From Candidatus Aminicenantes bacterium (GTDB taxonomy: Bacteria; Acidobacteriota; Aminicenantia; Aminicenantales; JAFGBC01), in the NCBI GenBank assembly GCA_963702005.1, contig OY969696.1, positions 1,504,001 to 1,568,000 on the forward strand: a stretch of 64,000 bases of DNA. Direction: 5' to 3'. Of this stretch, positions 39,932 through 50,120 are shown in pieces. Numbering within the stretch: the first letter of the stretch is position 1; every line of letters starts with the position of its first letter. The notes beneath the pieces were generated by a model. It searched no databases. It was not told the DNA's origin and was given only the letters and a program-made list of their open reading frames with translations. Made by a program: the position numbers and the translations under genes.

Positions 39932-40573
39932 TTACATTTTTTGACAAACAAATGTGACACGATGATCAAGGTATATTCTTTGCTTGAATTGAAAACTGGC
40001 TTTTTCTGCATAGTTCATCAACTCTTCTAATGTCATATTTTTATAAAATGTATAATAATTTCCTCTGGACATTATATAGCCATCCTCATAGGGTTTGGCA
40101 GTTTTTACTATATTTCTATAGTAAGTTTCATTAGAGGGTACATCTATAAAAATAAAGCCTCTCTTTTTTAAGTTTCGATGTACTCCATTTAAAAGTTCTA
40201 TCCTTTTTGTAATCAAGGGAAGTATATGCAAGACATTAATTATTATTGCACCATCAAGTTGTAGTTCTTTATTTAGAAAAGACTCGACATCCATAAATTC
40301 TTTATATGAAGAATAGATAGACTTTAAATCATCTAGTTTATTCTTGATACGCTGATATTGAGCCTTTGTATCAACTAATATAACAAATGGGAATGAATCG
40401 AGAATGTGAGGAGTATTGGCTAGTAAGCCACATCCTATTTCGGCAACTTTATTTAAGTTTTCTTGTTTGAAGGCTTCTGTTGCTGCCTGAACAGCTCTAG
40501 ATGGTCTAAAAGGATATTGTGCTGCAACTGCTGAATATTCAGGATTTATAATGATTTTATTCTTTTTAAGCAC
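39932..40573 (-). CDS. Class I SAM-dependent methyltransferase-like protein
   Basis: VAEIGCG, INVLHIL, LKKRGFIFI. Confidence 0.65.
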   Translation of the reverse strand: MLKKNKIIINPEYSAVAAQYPFRPSRAVQAATEAFKQENLNKVAEIGCGLLANTPHILDSFPFVILVDTKAQYQRIKNKLDDLKSIYSSYKEFMDVESFLNKELQLDGAIIINVLHILPLITKRIELLNGVHRNLKKRGFIFIDVPSNETYYRNIVKTAKPYEDGYIMSRGNYYTFYKNMTLEELMNYAEKASFQFKQRIYLDHRVTFVCQKM

Positions 40574-41303
40574 TATGACTCCTCTTATGAATTAAGGGAC
40601 AGTACTTACGGCATCCAATTCGATAATCGGGGAGTCTTTTTTTTAATGTTTGTTTATCCTGTGTTAATATCCTTTTTGTCTGTGCGTTGGCAGGATAAAT
40701 GAGCCTTTTTTTTGTTTTATAATGGAGCACATAAAAAGGAACAGGCAATATAAGAGATAATATGAAACTTAAATGAAGAAATTTACATAAATGTTGAGTA
40801 ACGCAAATAATAATGACGTATATTAGTGCTATTATAAAACCAATTGTAGAAAATACGCTTAAATTTGTTGAGACAAAATAATCTCCCCAATATTGAAAAG
40901 CTCGATGGCGTTCGGTATCATTGTCAGGAATAAAAGTATAAAAAAGATCCATCAACTTGCTTTCCTCATCCTTTAAAATACCTCTATCAGCTATTTTGCA
41001 TTTTTGATCCTTACAAGGTTTGGTAAGTTGCTCTCTAATAAAATTGTTAATCCTCTGTCTTTCTTTAAATATTTTTTTATCAAACCAATTATGTATATCA
41101 AAAATAATAAAATATGAAGCAAATGCAATAAGTGCTAACGGTACAATCCAAATAATAAGTGTGGCCTTAGAGTGAATATCAATAATAAAAATACTAAGCC
41201 ATTTAGGAAATATCAAATAAATTAACAGTATGAAGTATACTCCTATTATGAAAGCGGTAGCTTTTTTAATTTTATTTTTCATTTTTTCAAAAGGATCAGC
41301 CAT
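40566..41303 (-). CDS. Hypothetical 4-TM membrane protein
   Basis: Two pairs of hydrophobic helices; overlaps both neighbours. Confidence 0.65.
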   Translation of the reverse strand: MADPFEKMKNKIKKATAFIIGVYFILLIYLIFPKWLSIFIIDIHSKATLIIWIVPLALIAFASYFIIFDIHNWFDKKIFKERQRINNFIREQLTKPCKDQKCKIADRGILKDEESKLMDLFYTFIPDNDTERHRAFQYWGDYFVSTNLSVFSTIGFIIALIYVIIICVTQHLCKFLHLSFILSLILPVPFYVLHYKTKKRLIYPANAQTKRILTQDKQTLKKRLPDYRIGCRKYCPLIHKRSHSA

Positions 41304-41703
41304 TATTCTCTTTTACCTCCTTAATATTGTAGTATCTGCATAGGTAATGGTCTTTTTCAGAAAATTCAATAAAGCCTGAGATCTTTTCTTTTAGAAAAAT
41401 AGTGAAGTTTGTATACTCATTCTTAAAAACTATATGGTCAATTATTCCTTTTCGAAGTAATATTGCCCTTTTTTTTACTCCGATTTCCCAAATAGCAAAA
41501 ATCGCTTCAGTTCCAGATTTTATTTTTCTAGATTTTATTTGCTTAATAACAAGAGGATGAATATAATTTACAAAATAACCCCAGCTCATCCATTTAACAT
41601 CGGAATTATTTAATATATTTTTTACATAATGATACGGGCCTCTTGAACATACTCCCATTATAAGAATTGGAGTTTCAGTGCTGTTATTTTGTTCTTTTCT
41701 CAC
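41296..41703 (-). CDS. Hypothetical protein
   Basis: 135 aa ORF, first of an overlapping three-gene unit. Confidence 0.5.
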   Translation of the reverse strand: MRKEQNNSTETPILIMGVCSRGPYHYVKNILNNSDVKWMSWGYFVNYIHPLVIKQIKSRKIKSGTEAIFAIWEIGVKKRAILLRKGIIDHIVFKNEYTNFTIFLKEKISGFIEFSEKDHYLCRYYNIKEVKENNG

Positions 41704-41931
41704 TTTGAAGTATCTCTATGGACATTTTAGATAAAATCTTGGCTTTATTAGATGCTCTAATATTTTTTAAGTTCATACTCCTTTAAGAAAATGTTTTGTT
41801 CCTCCCCTTTATTCACTTTATAACAAAAATTTTATGTTTATTCAATTGAAATCTTTTTTCTGCTAATTTTAAGTGGTTTTCTAATTTTATCCCCATCTTC
41901 TCCACAATTGATATCAAAAATTGCCTTTTAG

Positions 41932-41953
41932 GGCAATTTTTTGTGTCTTGTCT
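41932..41953 (+). promoter_or_regulatory. Putative operator/promoter motif, copy 3
   Basis: GGCAATTTTTTGTGTCTTGTCT; left half lies in palindrome AAAAATTGCC-TTTTAG-GGCAATTTTT. Confidence 0.45.
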
Positions 41954-42005
41954 TGTATAAGCCCTCCATATATTCTTGAAAATATAACTATTAATCAAGG
42001 AGGGT

Positions 42006-42284
42006 ATGAGAAAAGATGATTTAAAAAGGATTCCGAACAACTTGAGAAGGTACAGAAGAGCCATGGGATTGAAACAGAAGGAAGTCGCTAGAATTCTGAA
42101 TCTCAAGAGCGCGGGAATGATCTCCCGTTGGGAGAATGGCGTATGCCTACCAAGCTTAATAAACGCGATTAAGTTGTCAGGCTTGTATAGTGTGTTATTA
42201 GACGCTTTGTTTTTTCCTTTGATACGGATGATAAAGAGAAAGATTATGGAACGGGAAGAATATCTGAAACACAAGCATGCCTAA
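42006..42284 (+). CDS. XRE-family HTH regulator
   Basis: LRRYRRAMGLKQKEVA..ISRWENG..PSL. Confidence 0.85.
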   Translation: MRKDDLKRIPNNLRRYRRAMGLKQKEVARILNLKSAGMISRWENGVCLPSLINAIKLSGLYSVLLDALFFPLIRMIKRKIMEREEYLKHKHA

Positions 42285-42435
42285 GAGAAAGAGACGCCCG
42301 GATATCTTTGAGAAATATCGCCGCATTCTCGGAATGCCGAGTTTGTCTAATAAAAGAATTGAGGAAATGAGGAGAAATCTTTGTCTTGTCGCTCAAATTA
42401 TCTGCGAGCACGTGTGGAGAAAGAAATTCTATTGA
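42277..42435 (+). CDS. Small hypothetical protein (52 aa), not in ORF track
   Basis: MPKRKRRPDIFEKYRRILGM..KKFY*; fills the gap between coupled genes. Confidence 0.5.
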   Translation: MPKRKRRPDIFEKYRRILGMPSLSNKRIEEMRRNLCLVAQIICEHVWRKKFY

Positions 42436-42438
42436 TTT

Positions 42439-42894
42439 ATGAACAATGATGAGAAGAACGAAATAAGGAGCATAACGGAAAGAGAGTGGTATTGGATAAG
42501 CAGAGCTTTATTGAAACGATATGGCAGAATTTTAAAAAGCTCAGGAATTGCCGTCTATAATGTTTTGGCTTCCTATGCGAATTCAAAAAGCCAAACCTGT
42601 TTTCCGTCTCAGAAATCCATAGCCGGGCATTTAGGGCTCAGCATAAGGACAGTAAACCGAAAAATCCGGCTAATGAAGGATTTCAGGCTAATAAAGGTTA
42701 GGAGAAAAGGAAGTCGGTGCTTCTATTTTTTACTCAGAGTTGATACGACAAAAGAGATACGACTATGCGACAAACGGGATATTAGAGATAGGACACTAGG
42801 GAAATCAAACAATATTAAACTAATAAGAATTAATAACAAAAATAACCACGGCAGCGAGAAAACTAATATTTTAAGACCTATGAACTACTTTTAA
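42439..42894 (+). CDS. Winged-HTH (HTH_36) replication-initiator-like protein
   Basis: AVYNVLASYAN....CFPSQKSIAGHLGLSIRTVNRKI. Confidence 0.7.
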   Translation: MNNDEKNEIRSITEREWYWISRALLKRYGRILKSSGIAVYNVLASYANSKSQTCFPSQKSIAGHLGLSIRTVNRKIRLMKDFRLIKVRRKGSRCFYFLLRVDTTKEIRLCDKRDIRDRTLGKSNNIKLIRINNKNNHGSEKTNILRPMNYF

Positions 42895-42903
42895 AAAAAA
42901 CGT

Positions 42904-43425
42904 ATGGTCAAAGAACCTCTAAAAGTCATCGGCATTAATCCGGGAACAAGATATCTAGGAATAGCCGTACTTCACGGAGCTGAGCTTTTAGATTGGAGGA
43001 TTAAGGTATTGGACGGAAGGTGGTCGAACTCCAAAATAGAAAAGGTAAAAGAAATCATTTCTGACCAGGTTGAGAGATATGAGACGCGATATGTGGCAAT
43101 TAAAAAAGTCCATGCCTCAAGAAGCTCTAAGAATTTAGATAAGATTGTTATGCGAATCAAAGAAATCGCCCGAAAGAAAAATTTGAAGCTCTGTCACTTT
43201 AGCATAAAGGATCTTGAAAATATCTTTGTAACAGAGGTTAAGCTTAACAGAAAGAACTTGGCCGAAGCGCTTGCCAGCCAGTATCCTGAACTCCGGGATG
43301 AACTTCAGAAGGAGCGATTAAACAAAAATCCATATTTCTTGAGAGCGCATGAAGCCGTAGCCCTGGCAGCTGCTTGTTATAAGAAATCCATGATATTTGA
43401 AGAATCAAAAACCCGGCTAAGCTGA
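42904..43425 (+). CDS. RuvC-like RNase H-fold protein, catalytic residues degenerate
   Basis: VIGINPGTRYLGIAV..EAVALA. Confidence 0.65.
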   Translation: MVKEPLKVIGINPGTRYLGIAVLHGAELLDWRIKVLDGRWSNSKIEKVKEIISDQVERYETRYVAIKKVHASRSSKNLDKIVMRIKEIARKKNLKLCHFSIKDLENIFVTEVKLNRKNLAEALASQYPELRDELQKERLNKNPYFLRAHEAVALAAACYKKSMIFEESKTRLS

Positions 43426-43861
43426 TGATAATATTGATCTGGGCTTGACATGAATTCTTAACCGCTTATACTTCAAAATAGAGGGAGCGTTGAGGGCGAA
43501 ATTAGTAAAACTGTGAAGTTGAGAATTTTATAGTCTAAGGATTTGTCTCAAGCACGGCTAAAAAGGCGATCTGCGGATATCGCAGGGCCAGTAGAAAAAG
43601 AGGTTGCTAACGCTCTCGTTTCAACATTCCCTGAGCTGACGGTATATTTAAGCCATGATAGAGCCTGGAAAGAGGAGTATCGCCAGAATATGTGATACTG
43701 TGGCGATGGAGATGATGGTTTAAGAATGCCATCAACGTCCATTAACCTTGACCTTTTTTGCCATATTTTGTAAGCTTACGCCAGATAAACTTATGATGGG
43801 GAGGATCTTAATTAAAGGTCGGAAATTTATCAATAAAATTCAAGGAGGGAAAATATAAAAT

Positions 43862-44995
43862 ATGAAAAAGATAAATATTCTCATTCTTGTTTTTTTAATC
43901 GTGATTATAGCCGTCGTGTTCGTTGTTTTTTTGAAGCGGGGGGAATCGAAAGAAATTGAATTAGGTGCTGTACTTGTGATGACTGGTCCGGATGCAAAGG
44001 CCGGTCAGAGCGCGAGACAAGGCATTGATCTGGCGGCCGACGAAATTAATAATTCTGGAGGAATCCAACGCAAGAAAATCCGAATTATTTATGAAGACGA
44101 CCAAGGAGATCCACAAAAGGCAGTTTCTGCGGTAACGAAATTAATAAATATAGACAGAGTTCCGGTGATAATCGGACCTATGTGGAGTTCTCCTGTTCTG
44201 GCAGTTGCACCGTTGGTGGAAAAGAAGCATGTTGTGCTTTTATCTCCCACAGCATCCAATCCGGATATCACTAATGCTGGAGATTATGTCTTCCGAAATA
44301 CATATTCCGATCTGTTCGAAGGAAGTAAAACCGCCGAATATGCTTATAAGAAATTAGGTTATAGGAAGATGGGTATTTTATATATTAACAATGATTTTGG
44401 AAGAGGGCTTGATCGAGTGTTTATGAATAAGTTTAAAAATATGGGCGGGGATGTATTAGTAGAAGAAAATTATGACCCAAAGGCTGTTGATTTCAAATCA
44501 CAACTCGCAAAAATAAAGGGGAGTGATATCGAGGCTATTTATCTTGTTGGCTATAGCGAAGTTGGCCAGATTCTTAAACAAGCAAAAGAGCTTGGATTAA
44601 GAACGGGATTCATTAGTACGATAATGTTTGAAATATCCGATGTAATTAAAATTGCAGGGGATGCCGCAGAAGGGGTAGTATATGCGTTTGTTTCTTTCGA
44701 TCCCGAACTTGGAGATGCAAAAGTAACAGATTTTTCTCAAAAGTATGAAATGAAATTTGGAATCCCGCCAGATCCTGAAGCAGCTTTTTCCTACGACGCT
44801 CTGAAAATAATAGCTTCGGTCATAGAACGTGTGGGGACGAACCCAGAAAATATAAAAAATGCTTTGTACCAAGTAAAAAATTATAATGGAGTCACGGGGG
44901 AAACTACATTTGATGTTAATGGGGATGTAAGCAAGCCAATAGGGTTTAAAAAAGTAAAAAATGGCAATTATACTTGGGAAGTGTATCAATTCTAG
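43862..44995 (+). CDS. livK: Branched-chain amino acid ABC transporter substrate-binding protein
   Basis: EINNSGGI..YEDDQGDP..IIGP..YVFR..YDAL..GVTG. Confidence 0.85.
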   Translation: MKKINILILVFLIVIIAVVFVVFLKRGESKEIELGAVLVMTGPDAKAGQSARQGIDLAADEINNSGGIQRKKIRIIYEDDQGDPQKAVSAVTKLINIDRVPVIIGPMWSSPVLAVAPLVEKKHVVLLSPTASNPDITNAGDYVFRNTYSDLFEGSKTAEYAYKKLGYRKMGILYINNDFGRGLDRVFMNKFKNMGGDVLVEENYDPKAVDFKSQLAKIKGSDIEAIYLVGYSEVGQILKQAKELGLRTGFISTIMFEISDVIKIAGDAAEGVVYAFVSFDPELGDAKVTDFSQKYEMKFGIPPDPEAAFSYDALKIIASVIERVGTNPENIKNALYQVKNYNGVTGETTFDVNGDVSKPIGFKKVKNGNYTWEVYQF

Positions 44996-45474
44996 ACACA
45001 TCCATTGTGGCGAAATCTATAACAGATAAATTTAAATATCCAGAAAGGCTGGGAACGCTGGGAATATGTAAGTATGGGGATGAATATCTTATTTTAAGGA
45101 TCGCGGAGGACTGGAAATATTGTCCCGGCGATTGGGATTTTGTAATGGGGACGTTCCAAGACGACAAAAAAACCCCTGAACAAAATGCAGTTATTAATAT
45201 AGAAATACATGCAGGTCTGCAGTCGATTAAGATTATAAACAGATTTCCTCTTTTTAAATGGAATGATGATGAAAGCAGGGTGTTATTCGTCTTACATCCA
45301 TTTCTGGTAAAAGCAAATGATAGAAAGCTCAAACTTAGCAGAAAATTTAGCGAAGGGAAGTGGGTCAAGTGGGAAAGCATCCTTGAAAACGATAGGAATG
45401 ATTACCTAAATAATGTATTGTCTCACATAGAAATAAATTTAATATTAGCAAGAGGACAACATGCCATGCTTTAA
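44974..45474 (+). CDS. NUDIX-like protein with degenerate box
   Basis: YLILR..YCPGDWDFVMG...TPEQNA..IEIHAGL. Confidence 0.45.
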   Translation: MGSVSILDTSIVAKSITDKFKYPERLGTLGICKYGDEYLILRIAEDWKYCPGDWDFVMGTFQDDKKTPEQNAVINIEIHAGLQSIKIINRFPLFKWNDDESRVLFVLHPFLVKANDRKLKLSRKFSEGKWVKWESILENDRNDYLNNVLSHIEINLILARGQHAML

Positions 45475-46162
45475 CGACGTGATTAATGTTAGTTCTCCTA
45501 TATTTTTTATTTATATCGGATTTAATATCGCTGCTTTTGCTTTTTTAACTCAGTACCTTACCTTTCCTAGGAGCATGTTATCAGATCTTAGTAATATGAA
45601 AAAAAACACGACAGCAAGTCCACGCATTATGGATTCTGAAGTTGTTAAAGTAGTGGATGATACTTATTGGCCGATTATTTCATATTTTTTTCAATTGGAT
45701 TATGTGACGTTTTCTCTATTAATGTTTATTCTTTATTCGATTCTACTGATAATAATTCTGACAGCAATCCACTTCGGGATCAAATTATTATCCGCAGCTG
45801 CAATTTTCCTCGTATCTTTTATTACAATTATATATTTTTTACTTAGGGCGTATTTAATAAAGGAATATGTATTAAAAAAGGAAACAATAAGGATTAAGGA
45901 AAAAGAAGTAAAGAGATATATAAGAGGAGATCCCTACTGGACCAAGACAGAAAGAGAAAGACTTGTAAAAATTGAAATATGCATTTCTTCATTTCTTTTA
46001 ATTGGAATTATAATAGCCTGTGCGATTAATAGTGGAATGGCGCTTTTTCTTTTTCTGGTTTTCATTTTGGTATGCAAATTAGCTTGGCACCTTTGGGTTA
46101 CTGCGAGCATAAATCCTGTTACTAGGTTAATAAAACTATGGGAGGAATTAACAAAGCTGTAG
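45461..46162 (+). CDS. Hypothetical membrane protein
   Basis: About 5 TM helices; AT-rich. Confidence 0.55.
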   Translation: MPCFNDVINVSSPIFFIYIGFNIAAFAFLTQYLTFPRSMLSDLSNMKKNTTASPRIMDSEVVKVVDDTYWPIISYFFQLDYVTFSLLMFILYSILLIIILTAIHFGIKLLSAAAIFLVSFITIIYFLLRAYLIKEYVLKKETIRIKEKEVKRYIRGDPYWTKTERERLVKIEICISSFLLIGIIIACAINSGMALFLFLVFILVCKLAWHLWVTASINPVTRLIKLWEELTKL

Positions 46163-46171
46163 GCAATCAAA

Positions 46172-47050
46172 ATGTTTAGTCAATTTTTTGTTAATGGAGT
46201 AATTGCGGGAATTATTTATGCTATTACAGCATTGGGATTTTCCATTATTTACAGGACAGTCAAATTCTTCCATTTTACCCATGGCATCGTTTATGCTGCA
46301 GGAGCCTATTTAGCTTATACTTTATTTAGTATTCTCCAAATTAATCCTCTTATAAGTTTATTTTTATCCATCATACTCGCGGCGATTCTGGGCGTAGCTA
46401 TTGATAGATTTGTGTATTATCCCCTTCGCAAAAATAAAACCTCGAGCTTGGTCTTTCTCCTCGCCTCTTTCGGCGTTTTTATATTCCTCCAAAACCTTCT
46501 CCAGCTTATCTTCGGCGCTCAAATCCTGACTCTGAGAGCAGGGCCGGTAAGAGAAGGGCATCATTTCCTCGGAGCCGTAATTACGGATAATCAGATTCTA
46601 ATAATCGTCTCAAGCCTTGTCTTATTCTTACTTTGCTGGTTCTTTATTCAGAAAACGAAATTCGGCAAAGCAATCCGGGCCGTCTCAGACGATCCGATTG
46701 GGGCGAGAGTGGTCGGTATCAATTCGGAAAAAATCATCATGATCGCCTTTGCCATCGGCTCGGCTCTCGCTGGAGCTGCTGGAATCCTTATTTCCCTTGA
46801 AACCAATATCGAGCCTACGATGGGCTTGAACGCCATACTTAAAGGCATTATCGCTTCAATAGTCGGCGGGATAGGAAGCATCCCCGGCGCCTTATTGGGT
46901 GGCCTTTTTCTAGGGCTAGCTGAGAATCTCGGAATTTGGCACATTCAGGCTGGATGGAAGGATGCGATCGCGTTTGGGATATTAATTCTATTTCTGCTTT
47001 TCCGGCCTTCGGGAATCATGGGCATAAGAACTGAGAAAGAAAAAATCTAA
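46172..47050 (+). CDS. livH: BCAA ABC transporter permease
   Basis: QFFVNG..ALGFSII..FGKAIRAVSDD..IVGGIGSIPGA. Confidence 0.9.
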   Translation: MFSQFFVNGVIAGIIYAITALGFSIIYRTVKFFHFTHGIVYAAGAYLAYTLFSILQINPLISLFLSIILAAILGVAIDRFVYYPLRKNKTSSLVFLLASFGVFIFLQNLLQLIFGAQILTLRAGPVREGHHFLGAVITDNQILIIVSSLVLFLLCWFFIQKTKFGKAIRAVSDDPIGARVVGINSEKIIMIAFAIGSALAGAAGILISLETNIEPTMGLNAILKGIIASIVGGIGSIPGALLGGLFLGLAENLGIWHIQAGWKDAIAFGILILFLLFRPSGIMGIRTEKEKI

Positions 47051-47053
47051 TTC

Positions 47054-47920
47054 ATGGAATACCTGATTCACATTCTTATAATCGCAGGCATATACATTAT
47101 TTATACTCTCAGCCTGAATCTGATCGTTGGCTATACGGGACTGGCCGCTTTGGGCCATATCGCCTTTGCCTGCGTTGGGGCCTATACCTCAAGCCTTCTC
47201 GCTTTGAATTTCGGAATCTCGCCTTGGATAGGGCTTTTAGTAGGAGCGATCCTGGCCTCCATTCTAGGCGCAATCGTTGCCTATCCGTCTTTAAGACTCA
47301 AAGGCGATTACCTTGCCCTGGCGACTTTCGGGTTGGGTGTTATTGTTTATTCGGTTGCCAAGAACTGGGTTAGCTTGACTCGGGGGCCGATGGGGCTCCC
47401 TGGTATTCCCTCGTTCTCCATATTCGGCTATCAGATCTCAAATGTCTGGAGCTATTTGATCCTGGTTTTAATCTTCGTTTTCATCACATATATAGTGATC
47501 AAAAACATCACCAACTCTCCCTTCGGAAGGATTCTTAAGGGAATCAGAGAGGATGAGATCGCTTCTCATGCGATGGGGAAGAATGTAAACAAATACAAGC
47601 TCATCGTCTTCATCGTCGGTGCGTTCTTCGCCGGAATTGCAGGGAGCCTCTACGCTCACTATATTTCATTCATCGACCCTTCAAGCTTCACAATTATGGA
47701 ATCCATCGCGGTTCTCCTCATGGTTGTGTTCGGAGGTTTGGGAAGCATAAAGGGGTCTTTTGTTGGGGCTTTTCTTCTTGTGATATTGCCTGAGCTTTTA
47801 AGATTCCTGGGCATGCCAAGCTCGGTCGCCGCTCCCCTGAGACAGATGATTTACGGGCTCTTGCTCGTTATCCTGATGATTTGGCGGCCACAGGGTTTAA
47901 TGGGAAAATACAAGTTTTAG
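47054..47920 (+). CDS. livM: BCAA ABC transporter permease
   Basis: NLIVGYTG, LRLKGDYLALAT, SPFGR..IREDE, RPQGL. Confidence 0.9.
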   Translation: MEYLIHILIIAGIYIIYTLSLNLIVGYTGLAALGHIAFACVGAYTSSLLALNFGISPWIGLLVGAILASILGAIVAYPSLRLKGDYLALATFGLGVIVYSVAKNWVSLTRGPMGLPGIPSFSIFGYQISNVWSYLILVLIFVFITYIVIKNITNSPFGRILKGIREDEIASHAMGKNVNKYKLIVFIVGAFFAGIAGSLYAHYISFIDPSSFTIMESIAVLLMVVFGGLGSIKGSFVGAFLLVILPELLRFLGMPSSVAAPLRQMIYGLLLVILMIWRPQGLMGKYKF

Positions 47921-47924
47921 TAGC

Positions 47925-48689
47925 ATGACCATGCTTCAGGTTCAGAATCTAAATAAGGAATTCGACGGAATTAAGGCTGTTGATAACCTTTCTTTTACCA
48001 TAGAAGACAATTCCATCGTTGCCCTGGTCGGCCCCAATGGATCAGGAAAGACAACGATCTTTAATATCATAAGCGGATTCTTAAAAGCCGAAAAAGGAAA
48101 GATTGTATTTGACGGCAGAAATATCACATTTTTGAATTCATTCAAGATAGCTCGTCTTGGTATCGGCAGGACTTTTCAAAATATTCGGCTTTTTCCTCAG
48201 ATTTCAGTCCTCGATAATGTAATGCTTGGGCTGAATTGTGAGACCGGAGAACGCTTCTTATCCGCGCTTTTTCAGACAAAGAGAATGAAGAAGGAAGAAG
48301 CGGAGAACATATTAAAAACCGAAGAGCTTCTAAAATTTGTAGGTTTATCTGAGAAACGAGATTCCTTGGCCGAGAACCTCTCCCATGGTCAAAGGAAACT
48401 GCTCGAATTAGCCCGTATTTTAGCCTTAGAGCCAAAAATCTTCCTCTTGGATGAGCCGGTAGCCGGGCTTTTCCCTGAGGCCAAAAAAACGGTGTTCGAC
48501 TTAATTAGAAAACTCAAAGATAGTGGGAAGACAATCCTTTTTATCGAGCACGATCTTCATTCGGCAATGGATATCGCTGAAAAAATCATTGTCCTGGATC
48601 ACGGGAAAAAGGTCGCGGAAGGTGCGCCGGAGGATATCAAACAAAACAGAGAAGTCTTAAAAGCCTATCTTGGAAAAGAATCCTTATGA
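47925..48689 (+). CDS. livG: BCAA ABC transporter ATPase
   Basis: GPNGSGKTT, GIGRTFQNIRLF, LLDEP, IEHD. Confidence 0.9.
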   Translation: MTMLQVQNLNKEFDGIKAVDNLSFTIEDNSIVALVGPNGSGKTTIFNIISGFLKAEKGKIVFDGRNITFLNSFKIARLGIGRTFQNIRLFPQISVLDNVMLGLNCETGERFLSALFQTKRMKKEEAENILKTEELLKFVGLSEKRDSLAENLSHGQRKLLELARILALEPKIFLLDEPVAGLFPEAKKTVFDLIRKLKDSGKTILFIEHDLHSAMDIAEKIIVLDHGKKVAEGAPEDIKQNREVLKAYLGKESL

Positions 48690-49405
48690 ATAAACTCCTT
48701 GAAGCGAACAACCTCACCGTCTATTACGGCACTATCCGGGCTTTGGAAAAAGCCTCTTTTTATGTAAATTCCGGCGAGATTGTAGCCATGATCGGCCCAA
48801 ATGGAGCCGGTAAATCCACGGCCCTTAATGTTGTTTGCGGATTGATTCCTGCTGAAGAGGGCGAGATTAAATTCAGAAGTGAAGATATAAAAGGTCATAC
48901 TCCTGATGAGCTGGTAAAAAAAGGTCTATCTTTAGTCCCAGAAGGCCGGAGAATCTTCTCTACAATGACGGTTCAAGAGAACATGGAGATGGGCGCGTTC
49001 ACGATTTCCGGCAAAGAGAAAATTCTTATCAAAGAAAGACTAGGGAAGATGTTTGGGCTTTTCCCGATTCTTGAAGAAAGACGAAAACAGAAAGCCGGGA
49101 CGCTCTCCAGCGGAGAGCAGCAAATGCTGGCCATCGGCAGGGCATTGATGTTGGAGCCGAAACTGCTTATGTTAGACGAGCCCTCATTAGGGCTTTCGCC
49201 TAACTATGTCGATATTGTCTTTGAAAAACTCCAGGAGATAAACAAAGCCGGAACTGCAATTCTTTTAGTTGAGCAGAACGCCTCGAAAGCTCTTGAGATC
49301 TGCAACAGAGGATATGTATTCGATATTGGGACGATTGCCTTGGAAGGAAGCCGGGATTCGCTCCTCAAAGATGGGCGGATAAAGAAGATCCTCGTAGGCG
49401 GATAA
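48686..49405 (+). CDS. livF: BCAA ABC transporter ATPase
   Basis: GPNGAGKST, VPEGRRIF, LSSGEQQMLA, DEPSLGL, VEQN. Confidence 0.9.
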   Translation: MNKLLEANNLTVYYGTIRALEKASFYVNSGEIVAMIGPNGAGKSTALNVVCGLIPAEEGEIKFRSEDIKGHTPDELVKKGLSLVPEGRRIFSTMTVQENMEMGAFTISGKEKILIKERLGKMFGLFPILEERRKQKAGTLSSGEQQMLAIGRALMLEPKLLMLDEPSLGLSPNYVDIVFEKLQEINKAGTAILLVEQNASKALEICNRGYVFDIGTIALEGSRDSLLKDGRIKKILVGG

Positions 49406-49556
49406 TTTTTCCTTGCTTTTTACTTAAGAATACGAATAAAATACTTCTCTTAAGGGGAAAAGTTGTTCGGCAAAGGGAAGAATCTTATTATCGATGAAAA
49501 TCAAGGGTTCCTGCCTTTCTTCTTTCCTCGACTAATATTAAGATAAGGGGGATTCT

Positions 49557-50081
49557 ATGTTCGGCAAAGTAACCTTAAAAGACGAAAAGATCATTGACCG
49601 CTGGTCAATGATCGTGGAGAACGCTCAAGGCTTGGCAGAGCAGATTTACGCGGACACCGAAGCCAATATCAAGGAAACAAAAGCGCCGGGGATTAATTTC
49701 GAGCGGGTTCAGGTCAGGCCAAGTTGGCTCAAGGGCCTCTTGGGAAACGAGCGAAGCTATATGATGGTCACAAACGACGCTCTGGGCGACTATCGAATGT
49801 TCATCAGCGCCAGGGATTATGGAAACAATCTTGATATTCAATGGTATATGACTTGTGAACCCGGCTTCTTTTCAAAAAAGCTGTCTAATGTCCTTACCAG
49901 CGGGGCTTCAGACAAGGCCTTGTCCCTGAATCTCGATATCTTCCAACAGCAAGACCTGAGTGCGTACGCGACCGTAGCGCACCATTGCTTTTTGAAGGCG
50001 ATCGAAAAAATGATGGCAGGGAAAGGCCAGGACACCTCGACGATAGACCGGAAGTCCAAAGGGTTCTTAGGAATTTCTTAA
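49557..50081 (+). CDS. Hypothetical protein
   Basis: GGGGG RBS; 174 aa; ends RKSKGFLGIS. Confidence 0.65.
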   Translation: MFGKVTLKDEKIIDRWSMIVENAQGLAEQIYADTEANIKETKAPGINFERVQVRPSWLKGLLGNERSYMMVTNDALGDYRMFISARDYGNNLDIQWYMTCEPGFFSKKLSNVLTSGASDKALSLNLDIFQQQDLSAYATVAHHCFLKAIEKMMAGKGQDTSTIDRKSKGFLGIS

Positions 50082-50120
50082 GGAAATTCTTTTTTATTTG
50101 TGTAAAATATCGTTGGGCAA

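Noticed and set aside
43500-43700. Possible decayed second RuvC-like gene (ALVSTFPELTVYL..AWKEEY)
   Set aside because: Only weak similarity to the 42904-43425 C-terminus, with stops; too short to call.
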